Below, piece by piece: positions 15,865-27,816 of a stretch of 64,000 bases of DNA (position 1 is its first letter; the number at the start of each line of letters is the position of its first letter). Origin of the DNA: Geosiphon pyriformis uo1 (lineage: Eukaryota > Fungi > Glomeromycota); assembly GCA_016748015.1 (NCBI GenBank), contig JAAOMT010000571.1, positions 685,095 to 749,094 on the forward strand. The letters run 5' to 3'. Under the pieces are notes generated by a model. The model saw only the letters and a list, made by a program, of their open reading frames with translations. It ran no database searches and was not told the origin of the DNA. The position numbers and the translations under genes were made by a program.

Positions 15865-15880
15865 CTCACAGGGAGCACCA
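15865..15880 (-). promoter_or_regulatory. Primer binding site TGGTGCTCCCTGTGAG
   Basis: Starts with TGG (complement of tRNA CCA), 6 nt from the LTR end. Identical to the PBS of element C. Confidence 0.85.
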
Positions 15881-15886
15881 CTTTTA

Positions 15887-16660
15887 TGTTATGGGTTGGA
15901 GTAATAAGCTAACAAATAGCAAGAAAAAACAAGATTATAGAATAATGAAAAGAATCAAAGAAAATTCAACTTCAAAGAGCAAATTAAATAAATATGGATT
16001 CAATGTGTAAGATTAGTCTTATAAAATATTTCAGTCACTATACTTTTTAAAAAATAACTAAGGAATCTGAAGATAAAAAGATAGTCCATACTGTCAACAA
16101 ATAATTACACACTGGTATAATTCTATGTCTTATGTTGGTGTTTTTAGAATTCAATATCAGGTATTAGATGTACTTTTTAGTCATATTTTATTCAATAATC
16201 TTTAAATGCTACAATTATACAAGTCAAAAAAAGGGTAGGTAAATGCCAACAAATAATTTTTTATTCTAAAATGTTCAGATACTTGAAAGTAAGAAAAGAG
16301 AATTTAGCAATAAGAAAAAAATTGAGATAAAATTGTTATTTTATTTCTTTTATTTCTTTGATTCTTACATGCTTTTTTATAGCTAAGAAATTTATCACTT
16401 ATATAGTTATTAAAAGTAATTAATGATCAGATTAATGATTAGGTCAATAATTAGGTCAATGATTAGGTTAATAATCAGATTAATGATCAGATTATTGATC
16501 AGGTCAATAATCAGGTCAATAATCAGATCAATGATCAGATTAATGGTCAGATTATTAATCAGATTAATGATTACTATCTAAAAATAGAGTAGTTAATTAT
16601 ATGATATTAGTGGCTAATACATGTAATAATTAATAAGAAGTATAGGCTTCAACCATAATA
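15887..16660 (-). repeat. 5' LTR of element B (774 bp)
   Basis: Direct repeat of 8883-9572, adjacent to the PBS, with an expanded 12-bp array at 16422-16565. Confidence 0.9.
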
Positions 16661-18686
16661 TTATAAATGTTTTTTTCTTATTTTTTAGCAGTCATATTAT
16701 AATTAATTTTTACAGCTTTTTAAATCAAGTAATAATATAATAAATTATCTAATTTTTAATGTAAAAATAAGTATATTAGTTTCAATTAGCATTACTTTTG
16801 ATTTATGCAGATTTTTATTTAATATATTATTACTATTTTCTTATTTAAAAATTTAAAAATTAATTTAATGAGTTTTTTTAACTTTTTAGTAAGTATTAAA
16901 TAATTTCTTTTGGTGAGTGTTTTTGTTATTAAATTTGGTATATGACATAATGTTTTCATTAAAATTGTTGTTAGTAGTCACTGTTATGTTAGTTTTTTAA
17001 AGAAAATTTCTGTTATATCTTTATACTTCTAATTGTGTCTTTTTTAAAACTCCTGTAAAGATACTCTTTTTATTTTATACTAATATAAAACATCTGTATT
17101 TTTTGCTTGTAATAAAATGGTATTTTATTCTTAATAAATTCAAAAATAATTAAAATAAAAAGTAGAATTCAACAAAATTAATATTTATAAAATAATTTTA
17201 ATCAGAGATTATTTTTCTAAAGATATAAAGAACTTATTCCAAATTTTTAAGTTGACTGTTGATTTTGGTCAAAGTATTACAAGTATTTTTTAGATGATTT
17301 TATGTATTTAATATCTTTTTAGTGTGTTTTCAATCTTGTTAAACTTAGATCTTGTTTATGTTTTTGTTAATATGTTAGATGTTTTTACTATTATTTTTCT
17401 TTAACAAAAAGACAATAATAATAAAAAAAATAGTGGTTTTTTTGGTTATTTGCAGGAAATTAAATTATAAAAGAAAAAAATCTCCAATTCTATTGATTTT
17501 AATATTAATGGATAATACAAAATTTGGTGAATATACTGTCTAGCTTTTCTTGGAATTATAATCCAATTTTTTTAATTTTTCTTTATTTTTATTTTATTTA
17601 ATTAATTTTTTGTTTTTTATTATTCTCTTTTTTTGTTTGTTTTTTTTTCTAATTAGAAAGTTATTATATATATACATATTTTAAATTATATATAATTGTG
17701 TTTATTTTAACTGATTAATGAATAATTGCTAAGCTATTAAGTTTTCTATTTAATTGTAAGTGTCTTTTGGTTTACTTGTTTATAATCATGTTAAATTGGG
17801 TGCATTTGTACACATTTTGCATACTATTATGTACACATTATGTTTTTTAATTTTATTTATTAATTTATACTATTATTTAATAATTGGTTAATATATTATA
17901 ATATTATTACTTTTAATTTTTGTTAATTTCTATTAGATAACAATAACAATATTATTAAGTAAAACTACTATTTATTAAACCAGAAACAATGTTTTTAATT
18001 GATTTTTTTAAACATAAAACCATTTATAATAATTATTAGTTTTATAATAAAAAGATTAATTTTTTGAAAAATAGTAAAAAAAACAAAATAAAAGCAAAAA
18101 ACTTCTTTTTTAAAACTTGATTCTTTAAAAAATTTATAAAATATACAAAAAAAAAGTTTTACTTTAGTTAAATTAATTATATTAAAATTGTTTACTTAAA
18201 AAAAATTTTGAAAAAAGTACTTTTAATTAAAAGCAAAAATGTTTTTTAATAATTAAAGACTATTTAAATTTTTTATTACTTAAAAAAAGCTTTTTTATAA
18301 AGCATTATTTAATTGTTTTATACTTAAAAAAAGAATTTTTTAAGTAATTATATAATTAAAAACAATAAAAAAATCAATAATTGTTTTTTATTTTATTTTT
18401 TGTCTCAAGTATGATTATAAATTTAATTTAATTATAATAATTAAATTTAAAAATAAATAAAAATCTATTATTAAAAAACATTTTCCATTTAAAAATAGTG
18501 ATAATTTTATTGGTTCAATAAAATGTACCAATACTAAAATGCCCCATGGCCGTTATTTAATTTTGTCAAAATGCTATTCCAAAGCCTCAAAATATATTTT
18601 TGCTTTTTTTCCGATTAGATTCTTTCTTTCCAAGCTTTAAAATAAACTTCTTCAACTTTTCAATAACCTCCAGCTTTGCGGTTTAA

Positions 18687-19204
18687 ATGGTACTCATACA
18701 AAAAACATCTTTTGTTCCCTCGTTAGCTTGTCTGGTTATTTTCAATCAAAGCTGAGTGACTTCTTCTTTTAGGATCCTGTGACTTCCGGAGCGCCGAAAG
18801 GTGTCGTAAGGTAACCGCTTTTTCACTTTACTTTTTCAGTGGCTTTTCAACTAATCCACCCATAAGTGGTTTGCTCTGGCTATAACCCAAATAAAAAATA
18901 AGAGTTCATTTCACCTTTTTTTGATAGAAAACGTACCACAGGTGGGGTTGGAAGCAACAGCTCTAGACCGATATCACGCGCCGGCGGTAGTTCAACAATG
19001 ATGAAACTTTACGCAGACGATGCCCCTGGGCTTAAAGTGTAATAACCGCTAGCAAAATCATAGTCTTATGCTTTTTTTGTTTATTCGTATCGACTGAATT
19101 ATTTCTGTGGTTTCAGTGATCCTGTCGTGGTGGTGGTTCTTGCGCTTGCTTTCATTGGGTCTGTGTTCGTCTTACATATCTATGGAAAGTTTACACGTAG
19201 TTAG
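18687..19204 (+). CDS. SEC61B: Sec61 translocon beta subunit (Sbh1/SEC61B), 4 exons
   Basis: Exons 18687-18689 (ATG), 18773-18810, 18928-19038, 19117-19204 with GT-AG introns. Product MDPVTSGAPKGVVRKRTTGG...[42 protein letters not shown], with the Sec61-beta signature and tail anchor. Confidence 0.95.
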
Positions 19205-19489
19205 AAAAAGCAGAATATATAATTTTCGAGTATATTTATTTTATAATCAATATCATAAAAGAAAATCTTTCAATATCACAAGTAATCTTCTGATTTAGTT
19301 TTAGATTATTTTTTTGAGCCAATGGAAAAGTCAAGATCCCTAGAGTGGTTTACATACGCGGGTATTATCAACAATTAAATTGAAAATTCGCTTAATCTAA
19401 GCTATCTTGAAAGGAATGGTCTTTGATTTCAAAAAACTTGCTATGCAACAATAATTTCAATTTTAAAAAGTTTCCAAACTGACGATGGT

Positions 19490-21043
19490 TTATTGATCTG
19501 TTAACTCGCTAACAAGCTCCCATTCACCATGTAAATTTTCTTTCCAAAGTGATACTTTGTTGTCACCACAAGATACAGCCAAAATGTTTCCCGATAACGA
19601 CCAACTCACTCTCCAAATTACATCAGGAAACCGATCAGCTTGAAGGGGTTTCTTAGTCCAGCCTGTTCCTGGGGAATCTTGTGTCCATATTATAACGGTT
19701 TTATCCTAATATGAAAAGAGGAAGGGTAACAATTAGTAAAGCAACCACGAGCGGAAAAATTTGGGATTGAGTGTTTTGAATTTTAATCAAATATGAAATC
19801 ACTTCACCTGAGAGCAACTTGCCAAGTAATTTTTTGGAAGTCCAATATTAGGTGCCCAGGCGACGTCACGCACCCAATCTGTATGTCCTTCAAGGCTATC
19901 TTCCTCTGTCCAAGAGTTAGATTCCTCCCTAAAATGTTAAATAGAAATGTTATAAAACGCCAATATATGAGAATATAATAATATAAAGCAATCTCACTTG
20001 TAAACCCAAATTTTCACAAGGTTATCACATCCAGCAGATGCAAATCTCTTTGAAGGCTTCAAATTAGGTGCCCCACCAGTGACCTGAACGAGTGATCCAG
20101 GCACAGTGGCAGGGGCCCAACTAACCGAATTAGCGCCAATCGCGTGGGCGTCAAAATAACGAGCGTCCCAGGTCCCGTCATCTGGAGTAGAAAATATAAT
20201 TTTTGATCTTTATTGAGCGAAAACATTAATGACAAAAATACATAATTACCCTTAAAAGTGAGCACCGAAACCTTTCCATCAGACGAGGCACAAGCGAGTA
20301 TCGGACCAAAATCATGCGGTGCCCAGGCGACAGAATTAACTGGAGTCAATTTCGAAGGGGAAAGTGAGCAGAAAATTATTTGCCTTCAAACCGATATAAT
20401 TTTTTGCAATCAAAAATCGTCCTTTCTTACCAGAAGAGGTATGGATCGAATGTTCTTTTATCTTAGACCAAGTTCCGTTTTGTTCTTTCCAAATTATTAC
20501 TTTGGAATCATAGGAGGATGATGCAAGTATATTACCAAATTTTGGATGCGCCCACGCAATCTGCCATACTGGACCTTCGTGTCTATATTTTCATCCAAAA
20601 CGTTCGAATCGCTTCTCTTAAGTATTATTATTATTATTATATGATAATTCCTATTTTTTTCAGGATCAAGGCTGAGTTTTTTTTGAATCTTACCCTTTTA
20701 AAGTTTCAACTAGTCGCCGATTTTCGCCGTCAATTTCGAATATTTTAATTGAACGGTCTGAAGAGCAAGTTGCCAGTTTTTTGCCATAGTAGTCAAGTTG
20801 GGCGTCATGCTGTTAGATAGATGCTATAAATAAGAGTTTTTCGGAGAAGATAAATGATCATAAACGAAGTAAACCATTTAACATACAATCATGTCCTCAT
20901 GCTGAGTTTCGAGGGCATGTTGATCGTATACAGTGGACTTGTAAAAGTAAATATCCCGAGAAATAGGATTTGAAAGGCATTATTTAGCAGTGCGAAAAAA
21001 GAAAAGAACTTAAAGACTTGAAGGAATTTTCAAATTTCACCAT
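19490..21043 (-). CDS. SEC13: Sec13 WD40 protein (COPII coat / Nup84 / SEA complex), 8 exons
   Basis: Spliced translation gives [104 protein letters not shown]. Stop at 19490-19492. Confidence 0.97.
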
Positions 21044-21307
21044 AATTCAAAGTCGAGAATAGTTACTGTGTTGGAATAATGGATTAGAAAAAGTAACAAT
21101 TTTAAATTCGCAGTCATAAATCGACTTATTTAGGCGCGATAGTCCTCAAATTTTACTTATTTTGACACTTAGCTAAGCATCAGTTTGGCGCCCAATTTGA
21201 CGGTTGCAAGTGTATTTTATAATGTGGATAGAGCACCTTTGGCAATTTCTGTTTTCTTTGATTCTGAAGAGTTTTTGCCTAACCTATCTCAAAGCGTTCG
21301 CTGCAGT

Positions 21308-24143
21308 ATGATCGACCACCTCTTAGGAAGGCCATCCTCGACGTGGAAACGGGCTCAAGTCATTATTGTTGCTTTATCATGGTATTACTTCCCTTCGCTT
21401 TTCTCGTAAAACACTCTTAAAAGTTACTTACTGTTTTTCAACGACAAAGGTTCTTTTATCTATATAAGAGTGATCGACGTGGACCTAGATTTTTTCATAA
21501 CTGGAATAAGAAACTTTGTATGTCTAGAATTTAATTTGTAAACTTCGGATGGTTAGTTCTTTGATTAATTATGTTAAAGTATCTCTTTCTTGAATTAGCT
21601 CGTTACTCTCCATTTCAATTAATTGCGGGCACATTAGCTTTATTGTATATTTTAAAAAATGCCGATCGACTGGTCGGTCTGGGATGTAAGTAACTAAATT
21701 TTGTCATTATATGTAGCATTTTATTCTGTTTATTAACTAACATACTTTTTTTAATAACAGCTCCAGAACCGTTAGCACGTCTTGTATGTATATTAAAATT
21801 AATTATACTCTCTGAATATTGATGTTTTGTGTCAAACACTTATCTCATTATAAATCTGAACCCCACCTATTAGTACAGTCGCAACTATTATCGGGCTACT
21901 TGGATTTTGACGGCTCTAGATGCCGGATTCTGGACATCAATGTCAATCCGCCCCACATTTTTGAGGGATATAATGGCTATAGTTTTTTCGGTGTATTACA
22001 TGATTTTCGCTGATCAGGCCGATGAGAAGGTAATAATTGAGAATTTAAACTCCTTGATGAAAAGTCGAAATTCTTAAAAAATTTTGAACCAGACAAGACG
22101 TATACGTGCGACGATTACTGTGGAGCATCTGCGTATGTCTTGGGAAAAAATGCTGAATCCATACCTGCATGCTGCCATTCGGCTTTTTCATCCACATTTA
22201 CGTATACACCAAAAGAAAATCCGAATCCAACGGCCAAAATCTAACCCCTATAACAAAAAGCCGATTACTGCTTATATATATTTTAAGGGTGATGAAGAGA
22301 CATTGTACAATTTTGATAGGCTGATCCTTAATTTTCCAGGGGGAGGTTTCATTGGTATGTCTCCTCCTTGTCATGAAGATTATTTATCTTATATAGCCAA
22401 ATGCACTGGTGTACCTCTCGTAAGTATCGATTATGGTAAGGCACCCGAATACCCATACCCATACGCCCTCGAAGAATGCTTTGACGCTTATCGCAGTATC
22501 ATGGAAAGTAATGGTGAAGTGATTGGAATGGCTGGATGGACAAACAAAGATGGAATCCAAAGGCCGCGAATACGAACCACCTTGTTCGGTGACTCTGCGT
22601 AAGCTTAAATTTTGTATTGATACCTTGTTCTTTAAAATTTCAACCTAATCCGATTAATATATCAGTTAATTTTCTGAGTGGGGGGAATTTAGTGGCCTCG
22701 GTTATGCTTAAAATTCTTCGATATCCATCACCCATTCCACATCCCTCAGGGATAGTGCTTATATATCCCTGTTTAAATTTTGATATCAACTGTTGGATGC
22801 CTGCTTCTCAACTGTCTGTTATTCGCGCTGAATCAACTGAATCAATTCCTGGTGTACTCGAGTCTAAGGATCACTTGCACCACAAAAGTCCTTTGGCTGT
22901 TGTTCCTGATGTTAAACCAAGAAGACGTTGGCGAAAAAGTTTTTCTGGGTCAATTGAAGATGATAGAACAATAGAAGAACGAGTTCAAATAATTGAAGGA
23001 CATGAAGTAAAGCCTGGAGAGAAAAAGAAGCGAAGTCATATTATTGGTACTCGCTTGGCTATGACTAGTCGTATGAGTTTTTTTAACGATAGAATTCTCA
23101 CTCCAGATTTGGTTGGTTTATATTATATTATATTCTGATTTTGGCATAATATTATTTTTGAAAGATCAACATATTTTATTTTTATATATAAGATGCGTGC
23201 GATGGCTATTCTCTATCTCGGACCCAACAATTACCCCGATTTCTTATCAGATTATTTCTTATCTCCTATTGTCGCCCCTGATGAATTGCTCGCACAATTC
23301 CCAAAAACATACCTGATGTGTGGGGAAAAAGATCCCTTTGTTGATGATACTGTTGTTTTTGCAGGACGTATACGTGAAGCCAAACGAAAAAAGAGACAAC
23401 TAGGTGTTAGTGGAAAATTTGGGGAAAATTTCAGAATGAGCGACCTAACTGTGGGGAATTCTCAAGAAGATGACGATGTTGTAGAGGTTAAAGTTCTGCA
23501 AGGTGTCAGTCATGCTTTTTTGCAAATGTTGACTTTGTTACCAGAAACTAAAGGAGCACTACGAGCTTTATCTCGATGGATGATTGGTAGCTTTCAGAAG
23601 AAAACTTTGGATAAGAATAGAGTGCTCAATTGTGATGGTGGTAAAGGTGCAATCAAACTGGAAAAAGATGTACAGCAGGATAAGGACGAACTTCTATACT
23701 TTACTTCACGTCACCCTTCCATAGATAAAACAGAATCTTTCCAGCAAGCGAATCAACCAAATCAACTGGGCAATGGGGGTCATCTAATAGATATTCCAGG
23801 CTCATTTGATAATCATAATAATAGAACCTCTAGTTCGAATTTTACTGAAATTTCAGATCTTCACAACGCAGTTACATCCCCAGATGTTACATCACATGAG
23901 GAGAATGGGGATGCGCTACATACCTTACCATCCGAAGGGACAATCACACCACACAACGAGCGTGAGCGTATGCTCTGGGAACAAAAACATATTCTCTCTG
24001 AAACTGAAATCATGAAGAGACGTCGTGAGAACTTAATCAGAGGCTTACGTGAAGGCTGCGAAGAACAATTTCCTTCATCCCAGTCATCTTCTGACTCAAT
24101 GGTCCCTCAATTATCGAAGCTTGACGAAAGTAATGGGAAATGA
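21308..24143 (+). CDS. Hormone-sensitive-lipase-like alpha/beta hydrolase (GDXG family), 8 exons
   Basis: N-terminus MIDHLLGRPS, oxyanion motif FPGGGF, DYGKAPEYPYPYALEECFDAY, GDSA|GGNL split by an intron, CGEKDPFVDD (Asp) and GVSHAF (His). Confidence 0.9.
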
Positions 24144-24997
24144 GAAAATATTCCTTAAAATCGTCTTGATATTAATAACCAATACCAATATCTGTCTTCA
24201 ACTGACAATAAAAGCTGATTTGGTACCCGAAACAAAATACACAATAGTCGGCACATCGGATTTTTCAGTTTCAATGTGAAATTTCAGGTTTTTGAATTAA
24301 ATTTGTAAAAATCAATAATCTAAAAAATAAATAACTTATTATTATTATTGCAATAAATAAATCAGATTTAGCGCATGAGCCACGTAAAACATGTATATGT
24401 TGTAAATAGATTCAGTTATTATAAATTAAATTAAGTTGATTTGATTCAAAATTATATTAAAGCCTAAATTTATTTAAAATTTATTAAAATGGTTTTTAAA
24501 GCCAAAATATCAAATAAATTTATTAATTTGTATTTATAAATAACTAATTTTTTTGTTAAATAATTTTTGTTCATTTATTTGCTTTAAAATCAGTCTGTTT
24601 TTAAGTTAATTATGTAAATAATTTTACTAAGAATAATTTTCAAATTTAACAATATTTTAAGTTTCTAATAATTAACAGCAATATTAAAAAATGTTTTTTT
24701 TTATCAAATTGATTACGAATGAAAAAATATAACGCAAAATAAAATAAAACTTACGGTTGAATTATAACAGGTTTACGATCAAATCTTTTTAAAATAAGAA
24801 AATATACAACATGCTTGTAAAAGAACTGAGTATTAGATTGGTAAATTACATTATGGCATTTTAAATAATAATAATAAATTCTGAGCTTTAATAAAATGAT
24901 TCTACAATGTTAGATTGTCCAGTATATCATCTATTCATCAAAATAAAAAAATCTAGCAATTTCAATTTTTTCCACGATATGATGCTCTATACTTATA

Positions 24998-25548
24998 TCA
25001 GGTTTTGGAGCCTGAAGCAGCTGAATGCGAAGTTGCCGCACCACCACTCCCTCCAGAATTCGAAGTAGCTGTTGTTATGGAAGTAGTAGCAGCTCCTTGT
25101 CCAGCAGCCTATTAACAAAAACCAACTATGTTAATTCCAAAAGAATAATTCAAAATCCATCATGAAGAAAATAAAAACCTTCAGTGCAGCACTTTCTCTT
25201 CGCAATTCTTTAATAACTGCCTGTAAAACAATAAGTTATTTACGAATTTTTCATATGCTAAACTTTCAAAAGTGAGTTCAAGAATCAAAAAGAATATAGA
25301 TAATTTGAACTTAACCGCAAGTGCTTCGGGATTTACCCCACTTTCACAAAGTGAAACACAAAGTGAAAGGGTTTCCCGATCGAGATTGGTGTTGAGAATT
25401 GTTGCGATTTCGTGAAGAACTTTTTTGAATGATATATTTAAAACGATAATTCAGAATTGTCTGTATTTTGAAAATCTTTAATTGAAGAAACCAACTTATT
25501 AATACCGTCCATTGCCTCGCGGGCTTCTTGGATTTTGGGATCCTCCAT
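24998..25548 (-). CDS. MZT1: Mitotic-spindle organizing protein 1 (MOZART1, gamma-TuRC subunit), 4 exons
   Basis: Spliced product [63 protein letters not shown] followed by a Ser/Thr/Ala/Gly-rich tail. Confidence 0.95.
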
Positions 25549-26440
25549 GATTCATAGGCATTGAATTTAGTAAAAGGCTGCTTAATTTATGTTTTTTGTT
25601 AGTTACACGAGAATCTCTCATAAGCCACAACAAAATTATCAGCCTCTACCAATAGTTTAAAATCCTCTTTCGTATGATAATCCCAAAAATTTTACCTTCT
25701 TTCTCATACAAAAAATGTCAAGTTCCGTCAGCGCCATATCTTCCAGCCGTTTTCAAAGCTTTTTGAATCATCCGGCCGGTAAAAATTTTTTATTACCAAC
25801 TCTAGAAATTGAAAAATTTTCTCTACAAACATCTAATTGACAAAATTCACGACTTAGGCCCTAAAACTATACACTTTTGGGCGCCAATAATGAAATGGGT
25901 ACGAATGGTGTAAAGAATTTCTTAATTTTTCAAATCTTACTTGAAACATTTCATTTATTGCATATAATTTGATTTTTCTAGGGTTTGGTGATTGCTGGTC
26001 TTGGTGATCTTAAACGTCCTGCTGAACATTTGTCAGTCTCACAAAACTGTGGTATGATTCGAATTCTCATGTCGGTTTTTTTCATGAAATTGCTCTCTTA
26101 TAATTTTTTCCTTAAGCATTGACTGCAACTGGCTTAATTTGGTCGAGATGGTCGACTCAAATCATACCAAAAAATTATCCATTGCTATCAGTAAACGCAT
26201 TTTTAGCTGGAACTGGAATTATGCAATTATATAGAATATGGGAGTAAGTAAGACAAATTATCATTGGTCCCATCTTTTTTTAACGGCAAATTCCTTTAAC
26301 ATTTCGATTTTCTTAGCTATCGTCGTAACCTGCCAAAATCTGAGGCCCAATCTAGCGATAAATCTACATCTACTGTCGTCTCTACTTAGAGTCCAACGAC
26401 ATTTTCAAAAAATAGTCTAAACAAATAACGCTTTTAAATA

Positions 26441-27616
26441 TCAAGAAAATCTCGCGAAATTCCATCTAAATAGTTTTGACTCGGCATTCTTTGAATTTGT
26501 AGGGGTAGACAACTGTGTCTCACCACTCTGGGTAAGAACAACCTTTTCTACTATTTGATCAAAGGTCATTGAAGAGCTCTCAGGATTAGCGAGAAATCTT
26601 CTCACGATCCCAAATTTCCACATATGGTGTGGTGTAACACCTTTGGCTTCCAAAGCACGAGCAAGCAATTCTCTAGTATTAAAATCTCCCTCCGTAAGCT
26701 TTAAATGTTTGAGCAAAGTGATAGTTTTTTCGTCTTCAATTCCGGCACTAGATGTTACCCAATCTAAAACAATTGACGCGTAGCGATTATAGTCAATATC
26801 TTGATCCGAAGTTAATTGATCAAGCAGTGCATACCGAGATTCATAAATTTGATGAGAAGGCATAGGTGAATGGGTTGAAAGACCAGAGAAAATCCAAGAA
26901 GATCGAACTTTTACGAAATCAATATCAAAGGAGACCGCACAATCATCCAAATCCACCGATAATGATTCATTTTGATCTTTGGGGTCCGGCAAAATATATT
27001 TAAATCTACACTTGCATATCATATCCTTATCACCCATGAATGCCACTTTTTTTTCTGTTATATATCTCAAGTTGGGTGAATCATTTGTTTGTCCTGCAGA
27101 AATAGACACCTGGTATTCTTTGAGTACAGCTTCCACATAATCAACATGAAACTTGATGTTAGCATAAAGTGTAAGGGCTTCTGCTGTAACTGAATTGGCT
27201 TCTAATGGACTTTGAGTTGTTAATCCTGACATGATTGGATTTTCCTGCATTCCATTCACATTATTATTATGCATTGTTTTTCCTACTCCATTCCAGTCGC
27301 CAAATAATATTTTTACTTGACGAAGATTCCAGCGCTTACAGGTAATTGGTCTTTCTCGGTCAACTGGCTTGAAGGTGAAAATCCCAGTTTTAGGTTCATA
27401 ACCAACGCAACTTAGAGCCATAGAGAGTGCCGGGGTTGGCTTGGGTCCAACACGCACCAAGATTTGGGATTCATGTGTCGTCATGTGCTCCATGAGCGCA
27501 TGTTCAAACAAATAAAACCACTCGTGATTAACTCTTCGCAGTACATAAATCTCTTTAATTGAGAGGTTGGCAAGAATGTGTTGAATTATGTCACTCGGCA
27601 AGTTGGGAACCAACAT
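26441..27616 (-). CDS. F-box domain protein, single coding exon
   Basis: Uninterrupted ORF with N-terminal F-box LPSDIIQHILANLSIKEIYVLRRVNHEW. The C-terminal region is not recognised. Confidence 0.8.
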   Translation of the reverse strand: MLVPNLPSDIIQHILANLSIKEIYVLRRVNHEWFYLFEHALMEHMTTHESQILVRVGPKPTPALSMALSCVGYEPKTGIFTFKPVDRERPITCKRWNLRQVKILFGDWNGVGKTMHNNNVNGMQENPIMSGLTTQSPLEANSVTAEALTLYANIKFHVDYVEAVLKEYQVSISAGQTNDSPNLRYITEKKVAFMGDKDMICKCRFKYILPDPKDQNESLSVDLDDCAVSFDIDFVKVRSSWIFSGLSTHSPMPSHQIYESRYALLDQLTSDQDIDYNRYASIVLDWVTSSAGIEDEKTITLLKHLKLTEGDFNTRELLARALEAKGVTPHHMWKFGIVRRFLANPESSSMTFDQIVEKVVLTQSGETQLSTPTNSKNAESKLFRWNFARFS

Positions 27617-27816
27617 CTTTGAGAATGATATTAAGATTTTTATCAAGTAGAAATAGAAAAGTCATAAATATATGGCTGAGTATAATCTAACCTATCAGGT
27701 TATTATAGGAATGATTTTCAAATTACTTAGCTCTAGTGTAAATCTTGAAAATTTCGATGAGACAAATCAATTATACATTCGCAATATTCTCTTTGATTTA
27801 AACAGAGCGATTTCAA

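Larger units (their letters stand above)
8883..16660 (-). mobile_element. Full-length decayed Gypsy retrotransposon (element B, no dUTPase) inserted into the 5' LTR of element A
   Basis: LTRs 8883-9572 and 15887-16660, TTAT TSD (8879-8882, 16661-16664), PBS 15865-15880, PPT ~9573-9583. Fragments of gag (14548-15834), protease (LILDSKSS, 13481-14209), RT (YLDN, 12079-12752), RNase H and integrase (10425-11462). Confidence 0.92.
1..17942 (-). mobile_element. Old, heavily decayed Ty3/Gypsy LTR retrotransposon (element A), host to two nested insertions
   Basis: Bases 1-83 match 17862-17942 (LTR ends gtaata/ataaca). A decayed PPT follows position 83 and a PBS-like CACCA precedes the 5' LTR start at ~8877. 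Minus-strand remnants of gag, protease, dUTPase (KKIAQAIF, TQDFG at ~4925-5045), RT, RNase H and integrase are riddled with stops. Confidence 0.8.

Noticed and set aside
16422-16565. Regular short repeats resembling a CRISPR array
   Set aside because: Tandem units without spacers, inside a eukaryotic LTR, with no cas genes.
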